IMG/VR virus record: IMGVR_UViG_3300012936_000001
Location: 32,001 to 96,000 of that record
DNA: 64,000 bases
Direction: 5' to 3' (one strand)
From: a virus
The notes beneath the pieces are model-generated. The model was not told where the DNA came from. It saw only the letters and a list, made by a program, of their open reading frames with translations, and did not search any database. Positions 9,794 through 20,539 of this stretch are shown piece after piece. Position 1 is the stretch's first letter; each line of letters starts with the position of its first letter. The position numbers were made by a program, and so were the translations under genes.

Positions 9794-12517
9794 ATGCCAA
9801 CAAATATCGAAACAGTAGAAATATCAGGTGATTACGAGTCCATAAGTTCGTTTTCAGCTTTTAAGAAATTGCTAAGAAATATTTTTACGACTCCTGCGCC
9901 AATGTTTGCATTTCTCGATGCTAACAACATATCAAAAGGCAACTTTGATTCTGGTTACATTTCTGGAAACAGAGTATATGTTTCTATAGTGGCGGGTGCT
10001 AGTTATCTTTTTGAAATAAATAATGACTCATACACTGATATAACAAATGTTCCTTTCGTTCCACAAGAGCCGCCAGCCATCGAAGTTCCGTCTACGGGTA
10101 GATTGATAACAAAGATTTCGCCTGTATCTACAAATGTATCGCTGACCTCTGCAACCAACTACATCGTCACTGATCCTATAGAGTCACCTATCATAGAGGA
10201 CGAAACGCTTTCTTCACTAGGGATATATTCCGATCGGCCGGCCCTTTTGTCTGTAATACAGCATGCATATTCAGAGGATTTGTTCGACCTGGTAAAAGAG
10301 TACAGATTGTCAAAGATACAAGAATGCAAAAGCAAAATAGATGGACTAGATTCAAAAATTAGAATCAAGCTACAGGAAGAATACTCGGAAGAAATACAAA
10401 AAGTAAATGATCTTATTGCTTATTCAAATGACTACCTAGATATTAAAGATAGGTTGCGACAAAAAAAGAAAAAATTATTCCGAAGAAAAAAACAATTAAG
10501 GGATCTTGACGAGATAATAGAAAAGTTATCGCAAAAAAACGAGTTAATAAAACTAGAAGACGGCGCTATATTAACAACTCTGAATCCACAGGTTGAGCCA
10601 TCAGCTATAGAGGCTTGGATTCTCCAACAAGGAAATGCAAATCCTCCAGGTATTGAAGTGCCGATAGTGGCCTTGTCGCAGCTCGATGCCCTATTGGAAA
10701 TCCCCGCGGTCAATGAAAATGACGACACAAATACCGTCGGAGATAAAATAAGCAGAATAGACACGATTTTATCATATTTTGACCTTACTAAGATATATAA
10801 TTATTATTATACCGATCCCGCAAAGATACTATCCGAGTACGCTGTCAAATACGAAGCGTTAGAAGTTATAACCGATATTGGACTTACGACGTGGACAGCT
10901 GGGGTTCTTCAAGGCGTCAAAGGTTTTCTCACGTTTCTTGAATATGTTGATAACCAAGGATTGTTTGTGCAAGCCGGCTTTCCAAATTTTGGATCTCTGC
11001 AACTTGACGTCGACGAAATATTTGAAAACAATAATGGAGACGGCCCCGGACATGTCGCAAAAATAGCTGTCTTAGAAAAATTAGAAGGCCTAGTCAAGGA
11101 AAGAAGACAAAACCTAGTAAAAATACTAGAAATTCTAGAACTTGAACTTGAATTACCAAGTACAGACAGAAAAAACCTTGAAGAAAATATACAGTCGTTA
11201 GAAGAAGAAATACAATTTTTAGAAAAGGTAGTTATTGACTTAGACATAACAGGATACACAGGAGTAGAAGAGATCTTTGAACTTTCAGGTTTCGATCTAC
11301 CTAGATTTACTTCGTTCCTGTCCGAACAAGAATTGATTACAATCCAAAGGCAAAAGCAGATGTATCTACCAAATTCTGCCATTGGGTTTCTTCCAAAAAA
11401 AGAACTGCAAGTATATAATGAGGCACAGTGGTATCTCCTAAGGAGATTCGCTGAATTTCTTTCAAATCTAGATAATCCTAGATTGATAACTTTTGGCATA
11501 CCATCAAACGCAGAGGAAGAATTTGGTGACTTAATAGCCGCAGAGATAAGAATAGAGCCAGAAGATCCTGCTCCTGCTGGCACTACTGTAAAATTTGAAG
11601 GGCCTATGTTCCTGTATAGCAAAGATGCCTTCCTAGTTATGAAAGACGATTTTACTACTCAGAAGGTTGATGATTTATTTAACGTGACCAATCTTACCTT
11701 TACTAAGTTTAGAAAGCGACTTTATGATAAGCTTGGAGACTTCTTTTCTAGACATTTCATGAGAAAAACCGGCCCAAAGACGAGGCCTGCTGCCTCTTCT
11801 TTCGTTCCAGGAAGCGTTTTAACTGCTTTCCGCAATAACATTATAGACTTTTATGATGGAAATGGAGAAGAGCCTCCTTTATCAACAGACAACACCGGTT
11901 ACATAACGACGTATAAGAAGCTTCCTAATCATGCCAACTTAACCGGTCACCAACCATTCAGTCAAAAAGCAATATTTGTTAATCACGGAATAGACTTTTT
12001 AACTAAGGAGTTGCAGCGAGTATACGCTGGCATAAACCTAGATGAAGATTCGTTCCCGCTCGATGACGAGTCTCAAAATTTTATTATATCATCAACAGCC
12101 ATAGAGTCGATAGAATCATTGGCTCCGGATGGTTTTGACGGGAATATACCTCTGCCTGAAACATACAGCGAACCTGTTCTTTCGTCTCAATTAGTTTCGC
12201 CCGAATATTCATTAAGAAAGATATGCTCTGATAAAATTTTCTCAAGGACTTTTTCTACTTTTGTAGATGAACAAATGTTTCCCGTAACAACAAGAACCCC
12301 ATCACTATACCAACATCAGGCTTCTGGCCTTTTTGGCACCGCGCCAAAATGGCAGCGTGTTCTAGACGTTAGTAAAATTAAATACAAATCAGGCGCTGAG
12401 TCCGGACAAAACAAGTTCGTGTTTTTTAAGGTGAAAAATAGTTCTAATAATAAAAGAACCGGAAACCTAAAAGTGATTATTTATCATAACGGATCAAACG
12501 GTGTCGGGGTACCATAA
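9794..12517 (+). CDS. Hypothetical protein with coiled-coil segments
   Basis: AAGGA RBS, 907 aa, two Leu/Glu/Lys-rich heptad regions. Confidence 0.5.
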   Translation: MPTNIETVEISGDYESISSFSAFKKLLRNIFTTPAPMFAFLDANNISKGNFDSGYISGNRVYVSIVAGASYLFEINNDSYTDITNVPFVPQEPPAIEVPSTGRLITKISPVSTNVSLTSATNYIVTDPIESPIIEDETLSSLGIYSDRPALLSVIQHAYSEDLFDLVKEYRLSKIQECKSKIDGLDSKIRIKLQEEYSEEIQKVNDLIAYSNDYLDIKDRLRQKKKKLFRRKKQLRDLDEIIEKLSQKNELIKLEDGAILTTLNPQVEPSAIEAWILQQGNANPPGIEVPIVALSQLDALLEIPAVNENDDTNTVGDKISRIDTILSYFDLTKIYNYYYTDPAKILSEYAVKYEALEVITDIGLTTWTAGVLQGVKGFLTFLEYVDNQGLFVQAGFPNFGSLQLDVDEIFENNNGDGPGHVAKIAVLEKLEGLVKERRQNLVKILEILELELELPSTDRKNLEENIQSLEEEIQFLEKVVIDLDITGYTGVEEIFELSGFDLPRFTSFLSEQELITIQRQKQMYLPNSAIGFLPKKELQVYNEAQWYLLRRFAEFLSNLDNPRLITFGIPSNAEEEFGDLIAAEIRIEPEDPAPAGTTVKFEGPMFLYSKDAFLVMKDDFTTQKVDDLFNVTNLTFTKFRKRLYDKLGDFFSRHFMRKTGPKTRPAASSFVPGSVLTAFRNNIIDFYDGNGEEPPLSTDNTGYITTYKKLPNHANLTGHQPFSQKAIFVNHGIDFLTKELQRVYAGINLDEDSFPLDDESQNFIISSTAIESIESLAPDGFDGNIPLPETYSEPVLSSQLVSPEYSLRKICSDKIFSRTFSTFVDEQMFPVTTRTPSLYQHQASGLFGTAPKWQRVLDVSKIKYKSGAESGQNKFVFFKVKNSSNNKRTGNLKVIIYHNGSNGVGVP

Positions 12518-14232
12518 TGCTAATTCCTTCTAATAATTCAGTACACATAAATCCAGAAGGCCCAATTGAAATTATTGGCCAATTTGAATATAATTATTTT
12601 ACGGAAGATGAAAGATCGGACGAACTAAATACGTTTTTTGAAAATCAGTCTGAAAGATATAAAACTTTGATAGGGGAACCTAGAAGAGTTTTACTGAATG
12701 TTACAATGCCCTCTTTTATCAGGCAGCCAACCATATTTACAGTTCCTCCAAATGTTCTAGAAATAATTAACGAATGTTCTGAGAATTTTTTTGAATATTC
12801 AGATGGACAAAATATAGAAAACGCAGATGCTGTATTTTCCGACGCAATCAACTCCGGATTTTTTACATTAAACCTTTTCCCTCAAGATCTCGAACAGAAT
12901 ATCGTTACACAGTTTTCTGAACCTGGAGAACTAACAAAAAACAGGTTAGAGAGATTTTTAGTCGGCAATTACGGAGAAAACTCTGGAGAATCATTGGAGG
13001 CTTCGATAAGAAATTCTGAAAGTTTTGTCCCTGTCATTAATCAATCTTCTGGCACAAAGATAAAATCTTCTTTTGCCCCAATGCAAGATAAATCTCCAAT
13101 TAGTCAATTGTCTATGGATTTTGGAAGCTCTATTGTAAAAGCCTCTCTGAATCCGTTAAATCCATACCTAGATGAGTTGTTGTCAGTCACGCAAGAAACA
13201 GAAAAGTTACAGCAAAACAGCAGAGGGAGCAATCTTACTTCTGTTTTTGAACCGCAAACGCTCGATGATTTTGGGTCTGTTGCAATTCCAAAGGCAAAGG
13301 AATATAACGAAGTTGGAACAACTCAGCAATATCGGCACGAAGGTCTTTGGTTTATCGGATACTTTGTTATAAAACAAGACGTCACGGTTGTTCCGACAAG
13401 AATAGTAAATTATTCTTTTTATTCCTCACTGTCTCTTTCTATTGACATTGACGATCCGTATGTAGCGTATGGCAGAAATTACCGCTACTCTGTTCATGCA
13501 GTGTACGCTAGGGTGACATATTCCGCACTCGGTTATTCTGCATCAACGGTTATATCACAAGACTGTGAGAGGATAGAAATAAAGACAAAAGAATTTATTC
13601 CTCCACTTCCTCCAGAAAATCTTAGAGTTAGAAAAGATGGCCGATCAACCAGGTTATCGTGGCAGAGAAATATAAGAGAAAGACAAGTAGGTGAGAGATT
13701 TGTAAAATCAGATGATACGGCAGCCACCATGGTCTATTTAAGAAACTCGGTCAGTGAGCCATACGAACTAGTTTGTTACGTAATCAATACAAAAATAAAA
13801 AACTATACGATGCCGGCCGAGATCATACCTGAAAACATAATAAAATATTCTGCAGACCCCGATATAGAAATAGGGCTTTCAGAGAATAGAAATTATTACG
13901 TAGCGTTGGCAGAAGTAGACGTGCATGGTAATATTTCAAACCTATCAGAACAAATATTAGTTTACAGAGACAAATTGAGAAATACTTTTATATATGAACT
14001 GACTTCTAAAGCAGGCGCACCTAGGGCTTATCCAAACATGTATTTTGAAGATGTTTTGTTAAAAGATATAATCGATACTGACGACATAAAAGAAATGACG
14101 ATTTTTTATTCGCCAGATCTTCCTCAATATGAAAATGTAAATGACGAAGTTCCTTCTTATAGAATGCAGCTGATAGATATTAATTCACAATTGTCTAAGA
14201 CTATCGATATCAAGGTAAAATTCAAAACCTAA
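12517..14232 (+). CDS. Putative structural protein with fibronectin type III-like domain(s)
   Basis: TAATG coupling to the upstream gene. DPYVAYGRNYRYSV, PPLPPENLRV...LSW and YYVALAEVDVHGNISNLS are FN3-like patterns. Confidence 0.5.
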   Translation: MLIPSNNSVHINPEGPIEIIGQFEYNYFTEDERSDELNTFFENQSERYKTLIGEPRRVLLNVTMPSFIRQPTIFTVPPNVLEIINECSENFFEYSDGQNIENADAVFSDAINSGFFTLNLFPQDLEQNIVTQFSEPGELTKNRLERFLVGNYGENSGESLEASIRNSESFVPVINQSSGTKIKSSFAPMQDKSPISQLSMDFGSSIVKASLNPLNPYLDELLSVTQETEKLQQNSRGSNLTSVFEPQTLDDFGSVAIPKAKEYNEVGTTQQYRHEGLWFIGYFVIKQDVTVVPTRIVNYSFYSSLSLSIDIDDPYVAYGRNYRYSVHAVYARVTYSALGYSASTVISQDCERIEIKTKEFIPPLPPENLRVRKDGRSTRLSWQRNIRERQVGERFVKSDDTAATMVYLRNSVSEPYELVCYVINTKIKNYTMPAEIIPENIIKYSADPDIEIGLSENRNYYVALAEVDVHGNISNLSEQILVYRDKLRNTFIYELTSKAGAPRAYPNMYFEDVLLKDIIDTDDIKEMTIFYSPDLPQYENVNDEVPSYRMQLIDINSQLSKTIDIKVKFKT

Positions 14233-14257
14233 ATACTATTGATAATTTTTGTTAGGC

Positions 14258-14264
14258 ATAATTA
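14258..14264 (+). promoter_or_regulatory. Putative late promoter ATANTTA
   Basis: ATAATTA upstream of 14288. Confidence 0.6.
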
Positions 14265-14287
14265 TGATCATGATTAGGAGATAACAG

Positions 14288-14935
14288 ATGGGATTTTTGA
14301 ACCACAGCACCAATAACATAGTTATTGATGCAGTATTAACAAATGAAGGAAGGAATGCTATAGCTGAGGGCGGTCTTGACATTACAAAATTTGCTTTATC
14401 TGATGACGAAGTAGATTATACAATTATAAAAAAATACGGAAGAATTGTTGGAAAAGAAAAAATAGAAAAAAATACTCCAATATTCGAAGCATCAACGGCG
14501 GCTGATCTAGGATTAAAATATTTTCTCAACAACGGAGATACGGAGCAGGTTGGTCAAATATTGCAAACTTTTACTTTGGCGCTCTCCTCCGGGGATGGTA
14601 TTACTGCCGGTAATAATATTGCTTATAATCAAAATTCTTCAAGCGGAAATACAACAAACACGTTTCAGATTCGTATTGACGCAACTGGAGTCCTTTCAGA
14701 GACACTTACAAACGTCGCACTAATCGAAGACGGCTATGAATTTCAATTTAGCAGCACCTTTTTATCACATGACGGTTCGTCTAGCATGCCGGCCCAGTTT
14801 GGAATAAAAGCAGCCGCAAAAAATCTGCCCGCGTATCATAATGCCAATCAAAAATTGGTTCTTCCAATAACGATAAAAAATCAAAATGGATTTGAACAGA
14901 CAATCTTTATAACAATCGACCCGTTCGCAGCATAG
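14288..14935 (+). CDS. Putative baseplate/tail structural protein (tail-collar-like N-terminal half)
   Basis: AGGAG RBS; IDAVLTNEGRNAIAEGGLDITKFALSDDEVDY. Confidence 0.55.
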   Translation: MGFLNHSTNNIVIDAVLTNEGRNAIAEGGLDITKFALSDDEVDYTIIKKYGRIVGKEKIEKNTPIFEASTAADLGLKYFLNNGDTEQVGQILQTFTLALSSGDGITAGNNIAYNQNSSSGNTTNTFQIRIDATGVLSETLTNVALIEDGYEFQFSSTFLSHDGSSSMPAQFGIKAAAKNLPAYHNANQKLVLPITIKNQNGFEQTIFITIDPFAA

Positions 14936-14944
14936 GAAACAAAA

Positions 14945-16531
14945 ATGGCCATAATAACTAAAACTGTAAATACTACAACTGCAAAACCGTCTAATTTAAA
15001 TCAATTGATAGATGTTGTGCAAGAAGACGTGTCGTCATCAGTTTCTAGAAAAAAATATCAAGTATTCGTTACCGGTGGTATAGGGCCGGGAATTACTTCC
15101 TCTCTTTATCAGACAGTATTCGATCAAGATTTTTCGCTCCAAACAGCAAACCCTATTATGGACATGACCATCGGGTTATTTTGGAACGAACATTTCACGG
15201 CAACCAGTCCAACCGACGCCAATGGAAAATCCTCTACAGCCAACATCGTGTCAACAGCACCAGGATTTTCAACTTCTGGTGATAGTGGAGCAAAGAGATT
15301 GTCTTTTGCAAAGAATGCAGTGATGATGCGCGAAAAAGTAAATAACTATCGTCAAATGGCTGCGCACCTCTTAGGAAACGCTGATCTTTGTTTTTCTCTT
15401 GCAGATAATACATGGCCTGGGGCAACTTCTACGAACGACATAAGTTCATTGTCGACAACCAACAGTTTATCAAATGGGACCGGGCTAGGAGCCATTATTC
15501 ATGAAGCTCTATTTATTAACATAAAAAGACTTTTTGCACGAGATGGCATAAGAAAAGAAACTTTTGCAATGCGAGTACACAGATCGGCTTCTCTTACTGG
15601 ATTTGACGATCTTGTAACTGCAGATTCGGACGGTATACAAAGAAATCATTTTTCCAGTTTTTATCACGCCGGTGTACTACAATCTTCGGTTCAAGTACAT
15701 CCAGATCTCGCTGGTCTTGATGGATATGCGGCAAACTTTCCAGTTGTAACTGGATCAAATGTTAGTTATCTTTCTGATGAAATGGCAGCAGGGACTTTTA
15801 TGCCGTTCCTGCCAGATATTATCGCCGATATAGGAGCTCAACAAAATCTACGAGTTTCAAAGGCGGGTGATGTGGCAAGAATTCTGACCGCAAATGGTCA
15901 AGACCCGGTAGGTCTTTTATTCTATGAGGCAGGTGTGGCTGTATTTGATATGCGAAAGTTATTCTGGTCAGATCAACATGTATATGGTCGTATTGACGCT
16001 ATGACAGCAACAACAATGGCTAATACAGTGTACAAGCAAGGCAACACAGCCAACGCTGGAGATTTTGGTACGATACCAGCTGGCCAGACTGTAATAGGTT
16101 GCGATGGCACCGCGGCTTATAACCTGGGAAGTGGTGTTGAAAATACGCAGGCCAAGTTTATACCTGACTTCTTAGTATCTGCGTCCATAGATAACATTGT
16201 TGACCATATTGCAAAAGTAAGATTCGGCTCTGGTTCCCTAACTGCGATGGCATTCCAGAATCAAACCAAGATTCAGTCAAACATATACTTCTGCAGAGCC
16301 GAAGCCTCAGAATTTAATTTTAGCGGCAATCCTACTTTTACTGACTCAACGGGTAAGATAAATACCCTTGAAAATGTCACGGTAGATTCTACAGAAACTA
16401 GCTTTACTTTTATCACTGGTGTTGGTCTAATGAACGATGCAGGCGACCTCCTAGCTGTTGCAAAATTAAACAGACCTATAGAAAAGAACGATGAGACGGA
16501 ATTGACCTTGAGGATCCGCCTTGACTTCTAA
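14945..16531 (+). CDS. Putative baseplate/tail structural protein (tail-collar-like C-terminal domain)
   Basis: C-terminus FITGVGLMNDAGDLLAVAKLNRPIEKNDETELTLRIRLDF is paralogous to the C-terminus of 16543..19014. Confidence 0.55.
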   Translation: MAIITKTVNTTTAKPSNLNQLIDVVQEDVSSSVSRKKYQVFVTGGIGPGITSSLYQTVFDQDFSLQTANPIMDMTIGLFWNEHFTATSPTDANGKSSTANIVSTAPGFSTSGDSGAKRLSFAKNAVMMREKVNNYRQMAAHLLGNADLCFSLADNTWPGATSTNDISSLSTTNSLSNGTGLGAIIHEALFINIKRLFARDGIRKETFAMRVHRSASLTGFDDLVTADSDGIQRNHFSSFYHAGVLQSSVQVHPDLAGLDGYAANFPVVTGSNVSYLSDEMAAGTFMPFLPDIIADIGAQQNLRVSKAGDVARILTANGQDPVGLLFYEAGVAVFDMRKLFWSDQHVYGRIDAMTATTMANTVYKQGNTANAGDFGTIPAGQTVIGCDGTAAYNLGSGVENTQAKFIPDFLVSASIDNIVDHIAKVRFGSGSLTAMAFQNQTKIQSNIYFCRAEASEFNFSGNPTFTDSTGKINTLENVTVDSTETSFTFITGVGLMNDAGDLLAVAKLNRPIEKNDETELTLRIRLDF

Positions 16532-16542
16532 GGAGATCCGAA

Positions 16543-19014
16543 TTGTCTTTTTTCAAATTTCAACCAGAATTTGCGAAGATCACCACGGTAGAACTTAACG
16601 CAAAAAGAAAGTTTATATCTGGCTCCAGTGGAATAACTGGGTCAGTTTTTGTATTTCCAAACAGATCGGATACACAAAAAGACAATATAGACGAAAGATT
16701 AGAATTCTCCGAGTTGCAACCTTTCAGTGGGTTATCTTTTGAAGCTAGAAGAATAGAGATATATGGAGGACAGAATCCTATATTCGGCTCGGGTGGACCT
16801 TTTGCCGATCGCGCAGCAGGAGAATCCTTTCCGACGGGAAATTTTGAACCTGCTTTGGCACTTCTCTTGGATGGTGCCCATCCTTATGACGGCGCTGACG
16901 ATCACCCTCCGGAAGTAACAAAACCAGGAGTAGTAGCACTAAATTTGAATCTTGCGCATCAAGGCTACTCAGATCTATCTACGCATCCTAGAAATGCAAC
17001 TAAGAAGAACATTCGAATGTTAAAAGCTGACGGAAACACTTTTTCTTCGGCCTCAAACGCTGTGCAAATGTTCGCGAGAACTCTGTCAAAAGCACAACAG
17101 TCTTATAACAATAGATCAGGAAATTATTATGATAATTTTCATTGTCTCAACTTCTTTCAGGTATCCCAGACTGCTCCGACCTTTATTAACTATCCCAATA
17201 GGAATGATCAGTACACACTGAACTATACAAAAGGATTTACGATAGAATTTTGGATAAAACCAACAACACACCAAGTATCAAAAGGAATAATTGCACAACA
17301 TCACGGATTATATGCGATTGCAATCGAACCGGCCAAATATAACAAATCAGGAGAGCCTTCTGAATTTAAAATGATATATCACCATACCTCTTCTGGTCTT
17401 CCCGGTACAGGTACATATGAATCACTAACGACTATTCCTGTAGACGAATGGTCACATGTTGCTTTTCGATATGGCCCAAACTACAACAAAGATAATTCTA
17501 CTCAGAACGGAAAGTTATCTATTATCTTGAATCACTCAGCATCTCTAGAATCGATAATGACATCCGGGTCGATATCGAACATAGGGCACGTGTTGACGCT
17601 TGGCGCATGGACGTCAACAGGTTCTGCCTCGCAATTCAACAGAAGCGTCACATATAATCATCAGAACTTAACAAATATGACATTAGGGGCCTTTGGACAC
17701 TCCGTAAGTCAAACAACAACAGGCATTCTAGGCACATTCTATAGTGGGTCAAGCTGCGAAATTCAGGAAGTGCGATTCTGGAAAGAACCAAAAACAATTC
17801 CGTTCTTAAAAAATAATTCTTCTGGATCGTTGACGTCATCACTTTCTTCGGAGCTGTATTTATATCTTCCTTTTTTCTATTCTTCTTCTCTTCCCGGGAC
17901 GGAAAAATATTATGTGTTTGAACCAACCGACTCCAGCGATTTATCGTATTCGAATTATGAAGGAACGATTGTAGGTTCTTCCGAAACTTTCGCCACATCT
18001 TCCGGATTTGGTAATGCTCATTATGCTCATGTTCTCGGGTATAACAGCTTGAATGTTCATCGGTACCTAAAAGATTTTGTGAGAGACGAGTACCCTTTTC
18101 TTGTACATCTTTCTTCTAGTTTTAATGCAGTCGACACAAGAAATAATTCAGCCGCAAAATACAATTTGGCAGATGTCTCTGGTTCCTATAGAAACTTTTC
18201 TCAAAACATTCTACGAAACACGCTTTTACTTCCGTGTGATAACTCCAAGTTTTCTCCAAGGTACAATCTGATTCCAAGCGGTTCAGAGTATTTTGCCAGG
18301 AATAGTTCGATGATCTCTTTGTTGAATATTGGTTCTTCCGACTCAAAAGGCGACACTCTCAACGCTTGGAATGACGATCTTTCCACCATGTCTGCATATG
18401 AATCAGAAAATGGTCAACCAGCATCCGAGTCTGTAATTCCGGACCCAGAGACTTTTATTAACAGGCTGGATTCCATAGACAAAATATGGCCATTTCAGAT
18501 TGCTATTGATATACCAATTATTTTTTATGGGGAAAAAATACAACCAGAATCTCTTAAGATTACTAGTAGAATTCTAGAGTCGAAAAACAAAAAGATAATA
18601 ATAAAAGACGATGGATTTGGAAACCTTTATAGGGCCAATACAAAAAACCCAAATAAAAAGAACAAGATAGGCCAAATAATATATGAGTCCGGTCTCATAA
18701 TAATTCAGAACCCTCATCTATACGATCTTTTTGACATAGAAATAGAATTTGCCGGAACCAATACATTGCCTATTTTGGAATTGGCTGTTCCTATGCCAGA
18801 AGGGAAAATAAATGATCCTAAGAACCCTACTTATCGAGGCGATTCTATCTCTTCATTAAATGCTAACCAGGATCCTGATGAAGCCTTTGCCTACATATCA
18901 GAGGTTTACTTGCACGACGAAAATCTTAATATAGTAGGTAAGATAAAGCTTGCGAATCCTTTGTTGAAGAAATCAAACGATTCGTACCTTTTGCGTGCAA
19001 GGATAGATTTATGA
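16543..19014 (+). CDS. Virion protein with LamG/concanavalin A-like domain and tail-collar-like C-terminus
   Basis: AAGGAG RBS with TTG start. FTIEFWIKP...EWSHVAFRY...IQEVRFW is the LamG-like pattern. C-terminal YISEVYLHDENLNIVGKIKLANPLLK. Confidence 0.65.
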   Translation: MSFFKFQPEFAKITTVELNAKRKFISGSSGITGSVFVFPNRSDTQKDNIDERLEFSELQPFSGLSFEARRIEIYGGQNPIFGSGGPFADRAAGESFPTGNFEPALALLLDGAHPYDGADDHPPEVTKPGVVALNLNLAHQGYSDLSTHPRNATKKNIRMLKADGNTFSSASNAVQMFARTLSKAQQSYNNRSGNYYDNFHCLNFFQVSQTAPTFINYPNRNDQYTLNYTKGFTIEFWIKPTTHQVSKGIIAQHHGLYAIAIEPAKYNKSGEPSEFKMIYHHTSSGLPGTGTYESLTTIPVDEWSHVAFRYGPNYNKDNSTQNGKLSIILNHSASLESIMTSGSISNIGHVLTLGAWTSTGSASQFNRSVTYNHQNLTNMTLGAFGHSVSQTTTGILGTFYSGSSCEIQEVRFWKEPKTIPFLKNNSSGSLTSSLSSELYLYLPFFYSSSLPGTEKYYVFEPTDSSDLSYSNYEGTIVGSSETFATSSGFGNAHYAHVLGYNSLNVHRYLKDFVRDEYPFLVHLSSSFNAVDTRNNSAAKYNLADVSGSYRNFSQNILRNTLLLPCDNSKFSPRYNLIPSGSEYFARNSSMISLLNIGSSDSKGDTLNAWNDDLSTMSAYESENGQPASESVIPDPETFINRLDSIDKIWPFQIAIDIPIIFYGEKIQPESLKITSRILESKNKKIIIKDDGFGNLYRANTKNPNKKNKIGQIIYESGLIIIQNPHLYDLFDIEIEFAGTNTLPILELAVPMPEGKINDPKNPTYRGDSISSLNANQDPDEAFAYISEVYLHDENLNIVGKIKLANPLLKKSNDSYLLRARIDL

Positions 19015-19547
19015 TATTAGGATTAGATGTTTCAACTTCAACAACCGGCTACTGTATCCTCACTGATAATGGTGTAATAAAAGAGATAGGCTATGTGTCG
19101 TTGTCCAAAGAGCCAGAATTATCCATCAAAGGTGTTCTGTTTCAAGAAAAGTTAAGAGATATACTGAAAAAATTTGACATAGACAGGATCATCATTGAGA
19201 AGATCTTTACAAGATATGGAAAGGGGATGTCGTCTGCACAAACTATTACAAGACTAGCGTCCTTCAATGGCATCGTACAATTCATATGTCATCAGCAGAC
19301 AGGAAAAATACCAGAGTTAATCCCAGTCTCGGAAGCAAGAAAACTAGTTGGCATAAAAACAACCACAAAAAAGAAAGCCGGAAAAACTGTCAAGGAACAA
19401 GTGTTCGAATGGGCGCTTGAAAACGTAAATTATCAGTGGCCCACAAAGGTCTTGAAAAGCGGGCCTAGAAAAGGCCAAACCACTTATCTTAACGAAGCCT
19501 ACGATATGTGTGACGCCTGGGTTGTTGCTAAGTCTGGTTGTAAATAA
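19011..19547 (+). CDS. ruvC: RuvC-like Holliday junction resolvase
   Basis: MILGLDVSTSTTG (first catalytic Asp), IIIE, and C-terminal DMCDA. Confidence 0.85.
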   Translation: MILGLDVSTSTTGYCILTDNGVIKEIGYVSLSKEPELSIKGVLFQEKLRDILKKFDIDRIIIEKIFTRYGKGMSSAQTITRLASFNGIVQFICHQQTGKIPELIPVSEARKLVGIKTTTKKKAGKTVKEQVFEWALENVNYQWPTKVLKSGPRKGQTTYLNEAYDMCDAWVVAKSGCK

Positions 19548-19566
19548 TAAGCATTACTGATATAAT
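19538..19566 (+). promoter_or_regulatory. Sigma70-like promoter for the primase gene (probably leaderless mRNA)
   Basis: TTGTAA (19538-43), 17 nt, TATAAT (19561-66). ATG starts 7 nt after the -10 box and has no SD. Confidence 0.7.
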
Positions 19567-19572
19567 CTATGC

Positions 19573-20508
19573 ATGCAAGATAAGATAGATTTTTTAACAA
19601 AAGTATTTGGTAGAAGCAAGGTGCAAAACAACGGCATCGAGCTTATGGTTCCCTGCCCGGTCTGTAAAAGTGCCGACAAGATGAAGATGAATATTCGTCT
19701 AGATAACGGATTATATCATTGTTGGGTCTGTAATACAAAAGGCAGAAGTGTAGCTAGGCTTATAAAACACAAAAGACCAGACCTCGTTTCTACATGGTTT
19801 GACAAATATCAGTCTAGCTTTGCTTACAATAATTTGTCTGAATTGCAGCAAATACAAGAGCCAATAGTCATACCAGAAGACTTCGGTCTTATCATGGAAT
19901 CACTCAAAGATCCGGACGCAAAGGCTATACGTTCCTATGCAAATTCACGCGGCATAAATGATGACCTACTGTGGCGATATAGAATGGGCTATTCATCAGA
20001 ATGGCGACTCAAAAGACGGCTGATCATACCTTCATTTGACGATGAGGGAAACTTGAATTACTGGACAGGGAGAACAATAGATCCGGATAATTCTTATCGA
20101 TACTTCAACTCTCCTGGAAACAAGAAACAGATCATATTCAATGAGATCGATATAGACTGGACCAAGCCTATCTATCTGGTAGAGGGTCCTTTGGATCTGG
20201 TCAAGTGTGTCAAGCTTAATGCCACCTGCTTATTAGGTTCTTCCCTTACGGAAGACTCTCTCTTATTTTATAAGCTAGTACTATTTGCCGATGAGATTAT
20301 CCTTTGCATGGATAAGGACGCTCGAGCCAAGCAGGACAAGATAGCAGAACTTTTGATGTCTTACGATAAAGAGATATGGTGGGTCGATCCTCCCCAGGGA
20401 GACAAAGACTGGGGTGATATGAGCCCGCAAAAAGTATATGATGCCATGCAACAAAAAAACAAATACGGTCGTGATACAAAACTTTTAAGAATGATTTCGG
20501 AATTTTAG
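19573..20508 (+). CDS. dnaG: DnaG-type DNA primase (T4 gp61-like)
   Basis: Zn-binding CPVC...YHCWVC, RLIIPSFD...YWTGR, and TOPRIM motifs LVEGPLD, DKDA, KDWGDM. Confidence 0.85.
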   Translation: MQDKIDFLTKVFGRSKVQNNGIELMVPCPVCKSADKMKMNIRLDNGLYHCWVCNTKGRSVARLIKHKRPDLVSTWFDKYQSSFAYNNLSELQQIQEPIVIPEDFGLIMESLKDPDAKAIRSYANSRGINDDLLWRYRMGYSSEWRLKRRLIIPSFDDEGNLNYWTGRTIDPDNSYRYFNSPGNKKQIIFNEIDIDWTKPIYLVEGPLDLVKCVKLNATCLLGSSLTEDSLLFYKLVLFADEIILCMDKDARAKQDKIAELLMSYDKEIWWVDPPQGDKDWGDMSPQKVYDAMQQKNKYGRDTKLLRMISEF

Positions 20509-20510
20509 TT

Positions 20511-20517
20511 ATATTTA
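20511..20517 (+). promoter_or_regulatory. Putative late promoter ATANTTA
   Basis: ATATTTA upstream of 20540. Confidence 0.6.
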
Positions 20518-20539
20518 TTCTCGACTACAGGGGATTCAT

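Noticed and set aside
10909-11622. 237-aa minus-strand ORF (likewise 53993..54706, 36417..36911 and other short antisense ORFs)
   Set aside because: They are fully nested opposite long + strand genes, carry no recognisable motifs, and all credible genes here are on +.
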